NCBI GenBank assembly: GCA_964291215.2
Contig: OZ219791.1
Span: 2,784,001 to 2,848,000 of the forward strand
Reading direction: 5' to 3'
Length of the DNA: 64,000 nt
DNA from: Alphaproteobacteria bacterium
Lineage (GTDB): Bacteria; Pseudomonadota; Alphaproteobacteria; MPNO01; UBA830
Below the pieces are notes generated by a model. It was not told the origin of the DNA, searched no databases, and worked only from the letters and a program-made list of their open reading frames with translations. Shown piece after piece: positions 31,539 to 45,320 of the stretch. Position 1 is the stretch's first letter. Each line of letters begins with the position of its first letter. The position numbers were made by a program, and so were the translations under genes.

Positions 31539-32645
31539 TCATTCAGCTGCTTCGCGGTGTCCGATCGCCGCATTGACCGCCGGCATGACCTTCTCGGCCA
31601 TCAGCTCCATCGACCGCCTGCCGAGCGCCTTGTCCTCCCAGTCCTTGCCGGCGTAAAGAAGCGTCCCGAATTCCCCGGTTACCTCACGGAACGCCAGCAG
31701 CTGGTCGATCACCGAGTTCACGTCGCCGGCGATGACGAGGCTGTCGACCACGAAGTCCAGCGTCAGCCGGTCGTCGGGGAACTCCCGCTCGGGCTTGAAC
31801 ACCTCATGGCGGTTGGCCTTCTTCAGCTTGGTGAACAGCTGCCTGTAGTAGAACCGGTAAGGGCTGCGTTCGCTGTCCCGCCCGTACTCCAGCGCTGTCG
31901 CATGATCGTCATGGACGAAGATCGAGCGGGCGATCCGCCAGTCGGCGGGATCGGCCGTGCGCCCGGCCTCGGAACAGCCCTGTGCGTAGTTGGTCCAGTG
32001 GGTCTGGACCCACTTGTCGAGGAGGAAGTTCGCCGAGATAGGGAGGAAGCCCTTGCGGCCCATCTCGATGACGCCCTTGGAGAAGGGGGCGACGACGGTG
32101 CCGAGCACGGGCGGGTGGGGCTTCTGGTAGGGCTTGGCGATCGGGCCGAGCCCGATCTCGGGAAACAGCGTCTCGCGGGTGGTGATGTTCCAGTGCTCGC
32201 CCTCGAGGTCGTAGGGCGGTTCGCCCTGCCATATGTCGAGGATGTGGCCTATGGATTCGGCGAACATCTCGTTGCGGTCGATGCCGCGGATGCCCAGCGC
32301 TTCGGCATCCGATTCGAGGGCGCCGGGGCTGACGCCGAACAGGAAACGGCCCTTCAGCAGATGATCCAGCATCGCTGCCTGGGCGGCGACCAGTACCGGG
32401 TGGGTGTGCGACAGGTTGGTGGTTCCGGTGCCGAGCTTGATCTGGCTGGTCTCGGAGATCAGGCTTGCCTGAAAGAGCATCGAGTTGGTGATGCTCTCTG
32501 CCGCGTCCGTGACGTGCTCGCCGACATAGGCCTCGGAATAGCCGAGCCGGTCGGCAAGTATGATGGCTTCGCGGTCTTCCTGCAGGACCTCCGTGTAGTC
32601 GCGATCCAGCCGATGTACCGGCATCGTGAAAAAACCAAGTTTCAT
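31539..32645 (-). CDS. LLM-class flavin-dependent monooxygenase
   Basis: MKLGFFTMPVH, AYVGEH, IKLGTG, LDHLLKGRF, PYQKPHPP. Confidence 0.9.
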   Translation of the reverse strand: MKLGFFTMPVHRLDRDYTEVLQEDREAIILADRLGYSEAYVGEHVTDAAESITNSMLFQASLISETSQIKLGTGTTNLSHTHPVLVAAQAAMLDHLLKGRFLFGVSPGALESDAEALGIRGIDRNEMFAESIGHILDIWQGEPPYDLEGEHWNITTRETLFPEIGLGPIAKPYQKPHPPVLGTVVAPFSKGVIEMGRKGFLPISANFLLDKWVQTHWTNYAQGCSEAGRTADPADWRIARSIFVHDDHATALEYGRDSERSPYRFYYRQLFTKLKKANRHEVFKPEREFPDDRLTLDFVVDSLVIAGDVNSVIDQLLAFREVTGEFGTLLYAGKDWEDKALGRRSMELMAEKVMPAVNAAIGHREAAE

Positions 32646-32812
32646 CGCTGTCTCCAAAATCCGCGTTCCGGCATGGCGCCGCACATCGGCGGCCAGTTGT
32701 CCGCAGGAAATATATATCCGACACGACCGCCCATTGCATGTCCCCTTTTCGCGCCGTTTTCAAGGCGGCCGCAGCCCGTCCGCGCGACCGGAATCCGGGC
32801 GCTGCCGCGCGG

Positions 32813-34165
32813 TCAGGCCAGCGACAGGATCACGCGAAGCCCGGGATGGTTGTCCTCAAGCCGTATCTCGCCGCCGTGGAGGTGCACCACCGCGCGCACC
32901 AGCGCCAGCCCTAGCCCGCTTCCGGGCTCGCTGCGGCTGGCGTCGAGGCGGCGGAAGCGCTCGAACACTGCCTCGCGGTTCTCCTCCGGGATTCCCGGCC
33001 CGGTGTCCCAAACGATGACGTCGCCGCGCCGCGCCGCGATGCCGATTGCGCCCGGCGCCGGCGTGTATTTGACCGCATTGTCGACGAGGTTTGTCACGGC
33101 TTGGAAGATCAGGTCGCGGTCGCCGGTGATCTCCGCCGCCGCGCTGACGTCGAGCGAGAACCCGAGCCTGTCTTCCTGCGCCAGCGGCTCGTAGAGCTCG
33201 GCGACATCGCGAACGAGCCCGCCAAGATCGACTGCACCGAAGCTCTCGCGGCGTCCGCCAGCCTCGATCCGCGCGATGCGCATGAGGGCGTTGAAGACCG
33301 CAATGAGGCCGTCGGCCTCGCCGATGGCGTCGGCTACCCGCCGCCCGCGTTCATCGCTGCTGAGTTCGCCGTCCTCAAGGCTCTCGAGGCGGCTCCTGAG
33401 GCGCGCGAGTGGTGTGCGGAGGTCGTGGGCAATGTTGTCCGATACATGGCGCAGCCCTTCCATCAACGTCTGGATTCGGTCGAGCATGTCGTTGAGATTG
33501 CCGGCGAGCTGGTCGAAATCGTCGCCGCTGCCGCGCACCGGAATGCGCTGCGCCAGGTCGCCGGTCATGATTTCGCGGCTCGTCTGGTTGATCGCCTCGA
33601 TCCTGCGGGTGGTCCCGCGGCTTAGCGCGATGCCGCCGGCGAGCGCCAGCGCCAGCGTGATCAGTACCCCCCATACCAGGGCGTCCTTGATGCTGCGCCG
33701 CGTTTGTTCGAGCTCGTGCACCTCGCGCCCGACCAGCAGCCTGAGCCCGCCGTCGAGCGCAAACGCCATCGCCCGCGCGAGATGGGGTTTGCCCTCCGGG
33801 GACTGGCGGTCGACGAGCGCAAAGGTCATCCAGCCTTCATCGTCCGGCTGGATGTCCGGCCACGAGCCGACATTGCCGACGAGTGGCCGCCCGATCGGAT
33901 CGGTAAGGAGGTACACGGTGCGGCCGCCCGGGTCGCGGCGGAGCCGGCCGGTGATGATGCGCGCTATGCCGGCCGCGCCGCCGGCCGCGTACTGTTCGTT
34001 CAGCCCCTTGATGTCGGCGCGGATGGTCTCGTCCATCTGCTCCACGAGGGTGCCGACCGTGGCTTGCCACAGGAATCCGAGGAGCACCGTCACCGAGACC
34101 GCGAACACGGCCATGTAAATCAGCGCGAGCCGGAAGGTCGAGCTCCTAAGGAGGCGCATCGCCAT
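32813..34165 (-). CDS. HAMP-domain sensor histidine kinase
   Basis: IAHDLRTPL H-box, NLVDNAVKY, DTGPGI, GSGLGL. Confidence 0.93.
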   Translation of the reverse strand: MAMRLLRSSTFRLALIYMAVFAVSVTVLLGFLWQATVGTLVEQMDETIRADIKGLNEQYAAGGAAGIARIITGRLRRDPGGRTVYLLTDPIGRPLVGNVGSWPDIQPDDEGWMTFALVDRQSPEGKPHLARAMAFALDGGLRLLVGREVHELEQTRRSIKDALVWGVLITLALALAGGIALSRGTTRRIEAINQTSREIMTGDLAQRIPVRGSGDDFDQLAGNLNDMLDRIQTLMEGLRHVSDNIAHDLRTPLARLRSRLESLEDGELSSDERGRRVADAIGEADGLIAVFNALMRIARIEAGGRRESFGAVDLGGLVRDVAELYEPLAQEDRLGFSLDVSAAAEITGDRDLIFQAVTNLVDNAVKYTPAPGAIGIAARRGDVIVWDTGPGIPEENREAVFERFRRLDASRSEPGSGLGLALVRAVVHLHGGEIRLEDNHPGLRVILSLA

Positions 34166-34835
34166 TGCGAATGACATATCCGGCTCCGCGCACGGTGTGT
34201 ATCAGCGGCCTGTCGGCCCCCTTGTCGATCTTGCGCCGCAGGCGGCTGATATGGACATCGATGACGTTGGTCTGGGGATCGAAGTTATAGTCCCAGACTC
34301 CCTCGAGGAGCATCGCGCGGGTCATCACCGTGCCGGCGTTGCGGGCGAGGAATTCGAGCAGCCGGAACTCGCGCGGCTGAAGCTCTATCTTCCGGTTGCC
34401 GCGGCTTGCGCTCCGGGTGAGGAGGTTTATTTCGAGGTCTCCGACGCGGAGCGCTGTCTCGCTGGCGGTGCGACCGGACGAACGCCGCGCCAGGGCCTCG
34501 ATCCGGGCGAGCAGTTCGGTCGCGGCGAACGGCTTGGCCAGGTAGTCGTCGCCGCCGGCCCTGAGCCCCTTTACCCGGTCCGTCACTTCGCCGAGTGCGC
34601 TCAGGATGAGGACGGGGACGCGGCAGTCCGAGGCGCGGAGTGCCTGGATGAGCGCGAGGCCGTCGAGCCGCGGCAGCATCCGGTCCACGACTAGCGCGTC
34701 GAACTCCTCCGATGTCGCCATCACCAGCCCGTCCGTGCCGTCCTCCGCGATCGTGGCAAGGTGCCCCGCCTCGGTCAGCACCTTCGCGACATAGTCGGCG
34801 ACTTCTCGGTCGTCCTCGATGACGAGCACACGCAT
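34146..34835 (-). CDS. OmpR-family response regulator
   Basis: IEDD, DRMLP, GGDDYLAKPF, NVIDVHISRLR, TVRGAGY. Confidence 0.95.
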   Translation of the reverse strand: MRVLVIEDDREVADYVAKVLTEAGHLATIAEDGTDGLVMATSEEFDALVVDRMLPRLDGLALIQALRASDCRVPVLILSALGEVTDRVKGLRAGGDDYLAKPFAATELLARIEALARRSSGRTASETALRVGDLEINLLTRSASRGNRKIELQPREFRLLEFLARNAGTVMTRAMLLEGVWDYNFDPQTNVIDVHISRLRRKIDKGADRPLIHTVRGAGYVIRNGDAPP

Positions 34836-34868
34836 GGCTGTTCGGCGGTTGCAGCGGCGAAGTGGGGT

Positions 34869-35264
34869 CTAGAGTGCCGCCACGGCCGCAATCTCGATCA
34901 GGAATTCGGGCCAGGCGAACGCCGAGACCTCGACAATGGCTGACGCCGGTCCGTCCTTCGGGAAATAGCGCTCACGGATGTCGGAGACTGACTCGAAGGC
35001 GCCGATGTCGCGGACATAGACGGTCACTTGCACGATGTCGGCCATGGCTCCGCCGTTGGCCTCGACGATGTTCCGGATGTTCTCGAGGACCTGCGTCGCC
35101 TGGGTGCGGATATCGTCCTTGCCGACCAGATTCCCCTCGGCGTCGATCGCGACCTGCCCGGCAATGAACAGCAGCGGGCCGGCATCGACGCGCACGCTGT
35201 TCGAATAGTGCGGCTTGAGCGGCGCCGCCACCGAATTCGGGTTCCTTCCGATCGATTTGGTCAT
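34869..35264 (-). CDS. RidA/YjgF family protein
   Basis: YS..V..LFIAGQV..FLIEIAAVA. Confidence 0.9.
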   Translation of the reverse strand: MTKSIGRNPNSVAAPLKPHYSNSVRVDAGPLLFIAGQVAIDAEGNLVGKDDIRTQATQVLENIRNIVEANGGAMADIVQVTVYVRDIGAFESVSDIRERYFPKDGPASAIVEVSAFAWPEFLIEIAAVAAL

Positions 35265-37645
35265 GAGTTCGCTCCTTGTCCTGTTGCGTTGCGGATAGCC
35301 TGCCACACCGCCTGCGAGGTGATGGGCAATGGCACGTGGCGCACGCCGAGATGCCAGAGCGCGTCGACAACGGCGTTGCCGATGGCGGCCGGAGCGCCGA
35401 TGGTCCCGGTTTCGCTGCCGCCCTTGACGCCGAGGGGATTCGACGGCGCCGGCGTTTCCTGGAAGGCGAGACGGAAGGACGGAAGATCGTCGGCTCTCGG
35501 CATGCAGTAGTCGACGAAGCTGCCCGAGAGCAGTTGGCCGCTGCCGTCATAGGCGACATGCTCCATCAACGCCTGGCCCACGCCCTGGCCGAGGCCGCCA
35601 TGAACCTGCCCCTCCACGATCATCGGATTGACCACCACGCCGCAATCATCGGCCGTGAAGTAGTCGCGCAGCGTCACCGCTCCGGTCTCGGCGTCGACGA
35701 GCACGGCCGCCAGATGCATTGCCTGCGGGTCGTTGGTGTCGCGGGGCTCCCAGAACACGGTCTCCTCAAGCCCTGGCTCGACAGTGCCGTCGGGTGCGGG
35801 CGGCAGCATCGCGCCGTGATAGGCGTTGGCGGCGATCTCGCGGAAGGTGGCTTCGCGGTCGGTGCCGCGGACGCGGTAGACCGGACCGTGCCGCTCGATG
35901 TCCTCTTCGGCGCATTCGAGCATGTGGGCCGCGATCCGGCGCGCGCGTCTCACGACCCGGTCGGCGGCGATCATGATCGCCGAGCCCCCGACCGTCATCG
36001 ACCGCGAGCCCCATGTGCCGTTGCCGAAGGGGATCATGTCGGTGTCGCCCTCGATCAGCGCGATGTCGTCGACCGGAATGCCGAGGCGGTCGGCGGCCAC
36101 CTGGGAATAGGTGATGTCGTGCCCCTGGCCGTGGCTGTGGCTTCCCGAGAATAGCGTGACCCTGCCGTCCGAATGCACGCGCACGATCGCGCTCTCGTAG
36201 CCGCCATGGAGTCCGCCCCGTGCGGCGAGGTTGGCGCTGCTGCCGGTTCCGGACTTGTCGAGGAAACACGAGATGCCGAGCCCCATGTGCTGTCCGCGGG
36301 CGCGCCGCCCGGACTGTTCGGCGCGCAGCGCCCGGTAGTCGGCCAACTCGAGCAGGCGCGCAAGAAGCGCGGGGGGATCGCCCGAATCGTAGGTGCGGCC
36401 ACCCGGCGCCGGATAGGGGAAGTCGGTGGCCGCGATCAGGTTGCGGCGCCGGAGCGCGGCGACATCGATGTCGAGTTCGCGGGCGCCGTTCTCGGCTAGG
36501 CGCTCGTTGACCCAGGTCGCTTCCGGGCGCCCTGAACCGCGATAGGCGTCCACCGGGAGCGTGTTGGTGTAGGCGCCGCGCACCCTGAGGTGTGCGGCCG
36601 GCGTACGGTAGAGGCCGGTCAGGGTCTGGGGGTAGGAATTTCCCGGGATGCTGGGCGCGAAATTCGAGAGGTAACCGCCGAGCGCGGCGATGGTGTCGAC
36701 CTGGAGGGCGACGATCTCGCCGTCGGGCCCGAAACCCATGCGCCCGACCGTGTGGTGATCGCGCGCTTGGGTGTCCGACATCAGGCATTCCGACCGCGTC
36801 GCCGTCCACTTGACGGGGCGCTGCAGAAGGCCGGCGGCCCAGGCGACGGTCGAGACCTCGACCGCGAAATGCACCTTGAGCCCGAATCCGCCGCCGACAT
36901 CGGGCGCGATCACCCGAATCTTGTGCTCGGGCACGAACAGCGTGTAGTTGGCAAGCCAGCGGCGCAGGTAATGGGGCGTCTGGGTGGTGGCGTAGAGCGT
37001 ATAGCGGCCGCTTTCGCGCTCGAAATCGCACAGGTAGCTGCGCGGCTCCATCGGGTTTCCCGCGACCCGGTTGGACGGCAGCGTCATCTCGACCACATGG
37101 TGGGCGTCGGCAAGGGCGGCTTCGGTCGCAGCGCGGTCGCCCCTCTCGATCTCGAACACGAGGTTGGTGCCGAAGCGCTCGTGCACGCAGGGGGCATCCG
37201 CATCAAGGGCGCACGCGACATCGGTCACCGCCGGAAGGGGGGCGTAGTTGACGGTGACGCGCTCGGCTGCGTCGAGGGCGGCGTGGCGAGTCTCGGCGAT
37301 GACGGCGGCGACGACGTCGCCGACATGGCGGACGGTGTCCGGGGCGAAAGCCGGACGCGGAGCCTCGTTCATCGGCCGCCCGTCGCCGAACGGCATCGGG
37401 TGGACGACGGTAAGCTCGCCGAGCCCTGCGGCCTCCCAGTCGCGGTGATCGAGGATACGGAGAACTCCGTCGAGTGCCGCGGCTTCCGACCAATCGATCC
37501 GTTCGATGCGGGCATGGGCGTGGGGTGAACGGACAAAGGCGCACCACGCCATGCCGGGCAGCGTCACGTCGTCGACATAGCGCCCGCGGCCGCGCAGGAA
37601 GCGGACATCCTCGCGGCGTGCGAGCGGCTGGCCGATATAGCTCAT
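35261..37645 (-). CDS. xanthine dehydrogenase family molybdopterin-binding large subunit (CoxL/CutL-like)
   Basis: RREDVRFLRGRGRYVDD, DVGGGFG, AYRGSGRPEA, HGQGH, EGQVHGG, NPLGVKG. Confidence 0.92.
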   Translation of the reverse strand: MSYIGQPLARREDVRFLRGRGRYVDDVTLPGMAWCAFVRSPHAHARIERIDWSEAAALDGVLRILDHRDWEAAGLGELTVVHPMPFGDGRPMNEAPRPAFAPDTVRHVGDVVAAVIAETRHAALDAAERVTVNYAPLPAVTDVACALDADAPCVHERFGTNLVFEIERGDRAATEAALADAHHVVEMTLPSNRVAGNPMEPRSYLCDFERESGRYTLYATTQTPHYLRRWLANYTLFVPEHKIRVIAPDVGGGFGLKVHFAVEVSTVAWAAGLLQRPVKWTATRSECLMSDTQARDHHTVGRMGFGPDGEIVALQVDTIAALGGYLSNFAPSIPGNSYPQTLTGLYRTPAAHLRVRGAYTNTLPVDAYRGSGRPEATWVNERLAENGARELDIDVAALRRRNLIAATDFPYPAPGGRTYDSGDPPALLARLLELADYRALRAEQSGRRARGQHMGLGISCFLDKSGTGSSANLAARGGLHGGYESAIVRVHSDGRVTLFSGSHSHGQGHDITYSQVAADRLGIPVDDIALIEGDTDMIPFGNGTWGSRSMTVGGSAIMIAADRVVRRARRIAAHMLECAEEDIERHGPVYRVRGTDREATFREIAANAYHGAMLPPAPDGTVEPGLEETVFWEPRDTNDPQAMHLAAVLVDAETGAVTLRDYFTADDCGVVVNPMIVEGQVHGGLGQGVGQALMEHVAYDGSGQLLSGSFVDYCMPRADDLPSFRLAFQETPAPSNPLGVKGGSETGTIGAPAAIGNAVVDALWHLGVRHVPLPITSQAVWQAIRNATGQGANS

Positions 37646-38275
37646 CGCGGCCTCCGGCTGCCGCGGACGTTCGCTGGCCGCAGCGAACATGAAGACGGAT
37701 CGATGGTCGGAGCGAATTGCGGGAATTGGCGGGCAGGCACGGGCAACCCCGCTGCGTTCAGACCGGTGCGCGACAGTCCCGGGTCGCTGTCTGTCTCCCG
37801 GCCCCCGGCGCGGCCTTGAATCTCCGCGACGACGCCGCACTCGCATGGACAGCCTCACATAGGCGATTGTCTTGCAGCAGTCAATCGGCGCCCGCCCGGC
37901 GCCATGATGATCCCATGCTAATTCGGAGACGCGAAATCCGAGTGCGTTGGCGCTCGCGTCATCACAGATCGCCTCCTTGATCGCAATTTTTCCCGCCGGG
38001 AAGGCCCCGTCGAGCCTTGGCGGCACGATTGCAGCGCGACGCAGACTGAAAAATCTCGCCAGTCGCTGCTGGATTGGCAGCGTCGGATCACCGTCGTCCG
38101 GCGCCGCCGGGAGATGCCGGAAATTGCGGCCCATGGCCGCGGATGCTAAGATCGTTGTCGGCGTGCATCCTTGATGGGGTGCGCCGTCAGGCAGATGATG
38201 ATTCTGCGCACCATGTGCCCCGGCTCCGCGCCGCGGAGGCGACCGACCATCGGGCAGACACGAAAGGGAGGAGTA

Positions 38276-39283
38276 ATGCGAGTTCACACGATTTTAGGCG
38301 CGCTGACCGGTCTGGCAGTCGCAGCTTTTGCGGGCGCCGCGGGCGCTGCCAGCATGACGATGAAGGTCGGCTACGCAACGATCAACGATCCGCAGCACGC
38401 CGTTGCGCAGGAACTTCAGAAGCGCTTTGCCGCCAACAAGGAGGCAGGCATCGAGGTCAAGATCTTTCCGGCGGGACAGATCGGAAAGATACCGCGCATG
38501 ATCGAGGGCCTTCAGCTTGGCACGCTCGAGCTGATGATCTCGCCGCCCGGCTTCATGGTCGGTATCAACCCCGCCTTCCAGGTTCCCGACGCCCCCGGCG
38601 TCTTCACCGATGTCCTCCATGCCCACCGCACGCTCAACGACCCGACCTTCTACGGCAAGTTCTCGAAACTCGCCGCGAACAAGGGTATCGGGATGCCGGC
38701 GCTCTACGTCTACGGCCCGACCTCGTTTGCGAGCAAGCAGCCGCTGCGCAAGCTCGCGGACTTCAAGGGAAAGAAGATCCGCGTGCTGGCGACCAAGATG
38801 GAAAGCTCGCTTGTCGGCAAGTTCGGCGCGGCCGGCGTTCCCATCCCCTACACCGAAGTGTTGCCGGCGCTGCAGCGCGGCACCATTGACGGGGTGCGGA
38901 GCTCGATCATCGTCATGGGCGGCTCGAAGTTCTTCACCGTCACCAAGTTCATCACCGTGGTCGAGAGCGGATTTATTCCGAGCGCGCTCTTGGTGAGCGA
39001 AGCCTGGCGGAAGAAGCTGTCCGCCAAGCAGGCGAAGGCCGTGAACACGGTGCTCGCCGACATGAGCGAATGGGCCACCAAGACGGCTGCCGAGTTCGGC
39101 AAGAAGGCCGAGAAGCTGTGGCAGGATAACGGCGCGGAGGTGATCAGGCTGTCGGCGGCTGAACAGAAGCAGTTCATGGACACAGTCCGCCCGCTCGGCG
39201 ACGAGTTTCTCGGCAAGCATGCCAACGCCGGAGTGCGCGAGGTCTATGCGCTTCTCAAGGAATCGGCCAAGCGCAACATGTAG
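38276..39283 (+). CDS. TRAP substrate-binding protein (DctP), orphan
   Basis: Signal peptide, DFKGKKIRV, EVLPALQRGTIDG; GGAGGAG SD. Confidence 0.92.
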   Translation: MRVHTILGALTGLAVAAFAGAAGAASMTMKVGYATINDPQHAVAQELQKRFAANKEAGIEVKIFPAGQIGKIPRMIEGLQLGTLELMISPPGFMVGINPAFQVPDAPGVFTDVLHAHRTLNDPTFYGKFSKLAANKGIGMPALYVYGPTSFASKQPLRKLADFKGKKIRVLATKMESSLVGKFGAAGVPIPYTEVLPALQRGTIDGVRSSIIVMGGSKFFTVTKFITVVESGFIPSALLVSEAWRKKLSAKQAKAVNTVLADMSEWATKTAAEFGKKAEKLWQDNGAEVIRLSAAEQKQFMDTVRPLGDEFLGKHANAGVREVYALLKESAKRNM

Positions 39284-39476
39284 CGCTTGGCCGCCGGACC
39301 CGGGCGCTTGCCGCCCGGGTCCGGCGAGTGTGATGTCCCCGGGGGCGGCCGGAATCGGGACGCGCCCCCGGGCCGATTGCGGACGGGGTTGAGGCTGCCC
39401 GCCCGCAGTCGGCCTGCGCCTCCGCGAGGGGCGTGCCGGTGCGGCAATGTGGCCTCGGGAGCTAGGAGGTGACGCG

Positions 39477-40439
39477 ATGTTAACGAGATCCAGACCGGCG
39501 TGGTCGCTGCCGGAAACGGCAGCGACGCCGGAGTCCGTGTTCCTGAACCGGCGTGAACTCTGCAGGTCGGTTGCCGCCGGATCGATCTTGGCTGCCGTGC
39601 CCGCGCTGTCCGGGATCGCGTTTGCTGCCACCGACCCGTCGGCAGAGCTGTACCCGGCGAAGCGGAACGACGCCTACAAGCTAGACCGCGCCGTGACCCC
39701 GGAAAAGATCGCGACGACCTACAACAACTTCTACGAGTTCGGCTCCAACAAGAACATATGGAAGGCGGCGCAGAAGCTGAAGGTCCGACCTTGGACGGTG
39801 ACTATCGACGGCATGGTCGAGAACGAGCGGACGGTCGATATCGACACGCTCCTGCGGGCGATGCGGCTCGAGGAGCGGCTCTATCGCCACCGCTGCGTCG
39901 AAGCCTGGGCGATCGCCGTTCCTTGGACCGGTTTCCCGATGAAGGACTTCCTCGACTATGCGCGTCCGCTGTCGGGCGCCCGTTATGTCGTGATGGAGAC
40001 CTTCAACGACAAGTCGGTTGCCCCTGGTCAGCGTCAGACCTGGTATCCGTGGCCCTATCTTGAGGGGCTCACCATCGCCGAGGCCGCGAACGAGCTGTCG
40101 ATGATCGGCACCGGCGCTTACGGTAAGCCGATGCCGAAGCAGAACGGCGCGCCGCTGCGCCTCGTTGCGCCATGGAAGTACGGCTTCAAGCAGATCAAGT
40201 CGATCGTCCGCTTCACCTTTACCGACAAGCGGCCGAAGAGCTTCTGGGAGAAGATTCAGGGCAACGAGTACGGGTTCTGGGCCAATGTCAACCCGGAGGT
40301 GCCGCATCGGCGCTGGAGTCAGGCCAGCGAACGGCTGCTAGGCACCGACAAGCGGGTGCCGACGCTGCTCTATAATGGCTATGCGGAGCAGGTGGCGCAC
40401 ATGTACAAGGACATGAAGGGCGAGAGGCTCTTCATGTAG
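39477..40439 (+). CDS. msrP: protein-methionine-sulfoxide reductase catalytic subunit
   Basis: Tat NRRE, YNNFYEFG, RCVEAW, QNGAPLRL..PWKYGFKQIKSIV, EYGFWANVNP. Confidence 0.95.
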   Translation: MLTRSRPAWSLPETAATPESVFLNRRELCRSVAAGSILAAVPALSGIAFAATDPSAELYPAKRNDAYKLDRAVTPEKIATTYNNFYEFGSNKNIWKAAQKLKVRPWTVTIDGMVENERTVDIDTLLRAMRLEERLYRHRCVEAWAIAVPWTGFPMKDFLDYARPLSGARYVVMETFNDKSVAPGQRQTWYPWPYLEGLTIAEAANELSMIGTGAYGKPMPKQNGAPLRLVAPWKYGFKQIKSIVRFTFTDKRPKSFWEKIQGNEYGFWANVNPEVPHRRWSQASERLLGTDKRVPTLLYNGYAEQVAHMYKDMKGERLFM

Positions 40440-40471
40440 CGGCGTCCGCCGCGCCGGACACCGCTGGCCGG

Positions 40472-41437
40472 TCAACCGGCCATGGCTGCCGAGTCCTCGT
40501 GTTCGGCGATGAACTTCTCGGCTTCCAGCGCCGCCATGCAGCCGGTGCCCGCGGCGGTGACGGCCTGGCGGTAGACCTTGTCCTGGACATCGCCAGCCGC
40601 GAACACGCCGGGCACGCTCGTGCGCGTCGAATCGGCAGCCGTCCGGATGTAGCCCTCGTCGTCCATGTCGAGCTTGCCGCGGAACAGTTGCGTCGCCGGA
40701 TCGTGGCCGATGGCCACGAACACGCCGTCGACGGCAAGCTCGCCGATTCCGCCCGACTTGACGTTGCGCGTGCGCACGCCGGTCACGGTCGGCGGATCGT
40801 CGGTTCCGAGCACCTCGTCGACGACCGTGTCCCACAGGATCTCGGTCTTTTCGTTGTCGAACAGGCGCCGCTGCAGGATCTTCTCGGCCCTGAGCGCGTC
40901 GCGGCGATGGATCAGTGTCACCTTTGCGACATGGTTGGTCAGATAGAGCGCCTCTTCCACCGCCGTGTTGCCGCCGCCGACGACGGCGACCTCTCGGTCA
41001 CGGAAGAAGAACCCGTCACAGGTGGCGCAGGCCGAGACACCGAAACCGACGAATTTCTGCTCGCTCTCGAGGCCGAGCCACCGCGCCCTGGCTCCGGTCG
41101 AGACGATCACCGTGTCGGCGACATAGGTTGCTCCCGAATCTCCGGTGCAGGTGAAGGGGCGCTGCGTCAAATCGACATCGACGACCAGGTCGCTGACCAT
41201 CGCTGTGCCGACATGCTCGGCCTGCTCGTGCATCTGGGTCATCAGCCAGGGGCCCTGGATGACGTCGGCGAAACCCGGGTAGTTTTCGACATCGGTCGTG
41301 ATGCTCATCTGCCCGCCGACCTCGATGCCGGTGACGAGCACTGGCTGGAGCGACGCACGGGCTGCGTAGATGGCCGCCGTGTAGCCGGCGGGCCCCGACC
41401 CGACGATGAGCACTCTTGTCCGATAGCTTTCTGCCAT
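40472..41437 (-). CDS. trxB: thioredoxin reductase
   Basis: GSGPAGYTAA, SACATCDG, GGGNTAVEE, YRQAVTAAG. Confidence 0.97.
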   Translation of the reverse strand: MAESYRTRVLIVGSGPAGYTAAIYAARASLQPVLVTGIEVGGQMSITTDVENYPGFADVIQGPWLMTQMHEQAEHVGTAMVSDLVVDVDLTQRPFTCTGDSGATYVADTVIVSTGARARWLGLESEQKFVGFGVSACATCDGFFFRDREVAVVGGGNTAVEEALYLTNHVAKVTLIHRRDALRAEKILQRRLFDNEKTEILWDTVVDEVLGTDDPPTVTGVRTRNVKSGGIGELAVDGVFVAIGHDPATQLFRGKLDMDDEGYIRTAADSTRTSVPGVFAAGDVQDKVYRQAVTAAGTGCMAALEAEKFIAEHEDSAAMAG

Positions 41438-41504
41438 GGAGAGGTTCCCGCGGCCCGATGGCCGGGCCCTGTCCTGGATTTCCCGCGCCGCAGCCCGCGG
41501 GCGC

Positions 41505-41978
41505 CTACCTGTAGCGCACCGAGACGACCTCGTAGGACTTCACGCCGCCGGGCGTGACGACCTCTATGGGGTCCCCGACGGTCTTGCCGATCAGGGCCCG
41601 CGCCATCGGCGACATGACTGACAGCCGTCCCGATCTGACGTCGGATTCGTGCTCGCCGACGATCTTGTAGGTGGTCTTGATGTCGGTCTCGTCTTCAATG
41701 ACGGCGACTGTCGCCCCGAACCTGATGACCTTGCCCCTCAGCGTCTTGACATCGATGACCTCGGCGCGGCTCAGCAGGTCCTCGATCGTTTCGACCCGGC
41801 CTTCGATGAAGGCCTGTCGCTCGCGGGCGGCGTGATATTCGGCGTTTTCGGACAAGTCGCCATGTTCGCGCGCTGCGGCGATCGCCTGAATCACGGCCGG
41901 CCGCTCCTCGGACTTGAGATGCCGAAGCTCCTGCTCGAGCTTGGTGTGGCCCTCCAGTGTCATCGGCGCCTTTTCCAT
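41505..41978 (-). CDS. greA: transcription elongation factor GreA
   Basis: [26 protein letters not shown]. Confidence 0.97.
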   Translation of the reverse strand: MEKAPMTLEGHTKLEQELRHLKSEERPAVIQAIAAAREHGDLSENAEYHAARERQAFIEGRVETIEDLLSRAEVIDVKTLRGKVIRFGATVAVIEDETDIKTTYKIVGEHESDVRSGRLSVMSPMARALIGKTVGDPIEVVTPGGVKSYEVVSVRYR

Positions 41979-41996
41979 GGTCTGCCCCCTGCTGTT

Positions 41997-45303
<3,307 letters not shown>

Positions 45304-45320
<17 letters not shown>

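Noticed and set aside
30306-33194. 962-aa plus-strand ORF, and similar long ORFs (41649-44222, 49055-51535, 340-1965)
   Set aside because: Antisense shadows of well-supported genes in GC-rich DNA; no recognisable motifs.
35261-37645. True aerobic CO dehydrogenase
   Set aside because: Lacks the Cu-binding AYXCSFR motif and the cox accessory genes.
37650-38270. Long intergenic region (also 6270-6660) as a riboswitch or sRNA
   Set aside because: No recognisable riboswitch consensus by eye; an Rfam scan would be needed.
39477-40439. msrP without an adjacent msrQ
   Set aside because: The partner may be encoded elsewhere; not unusual enough to claim from one window.
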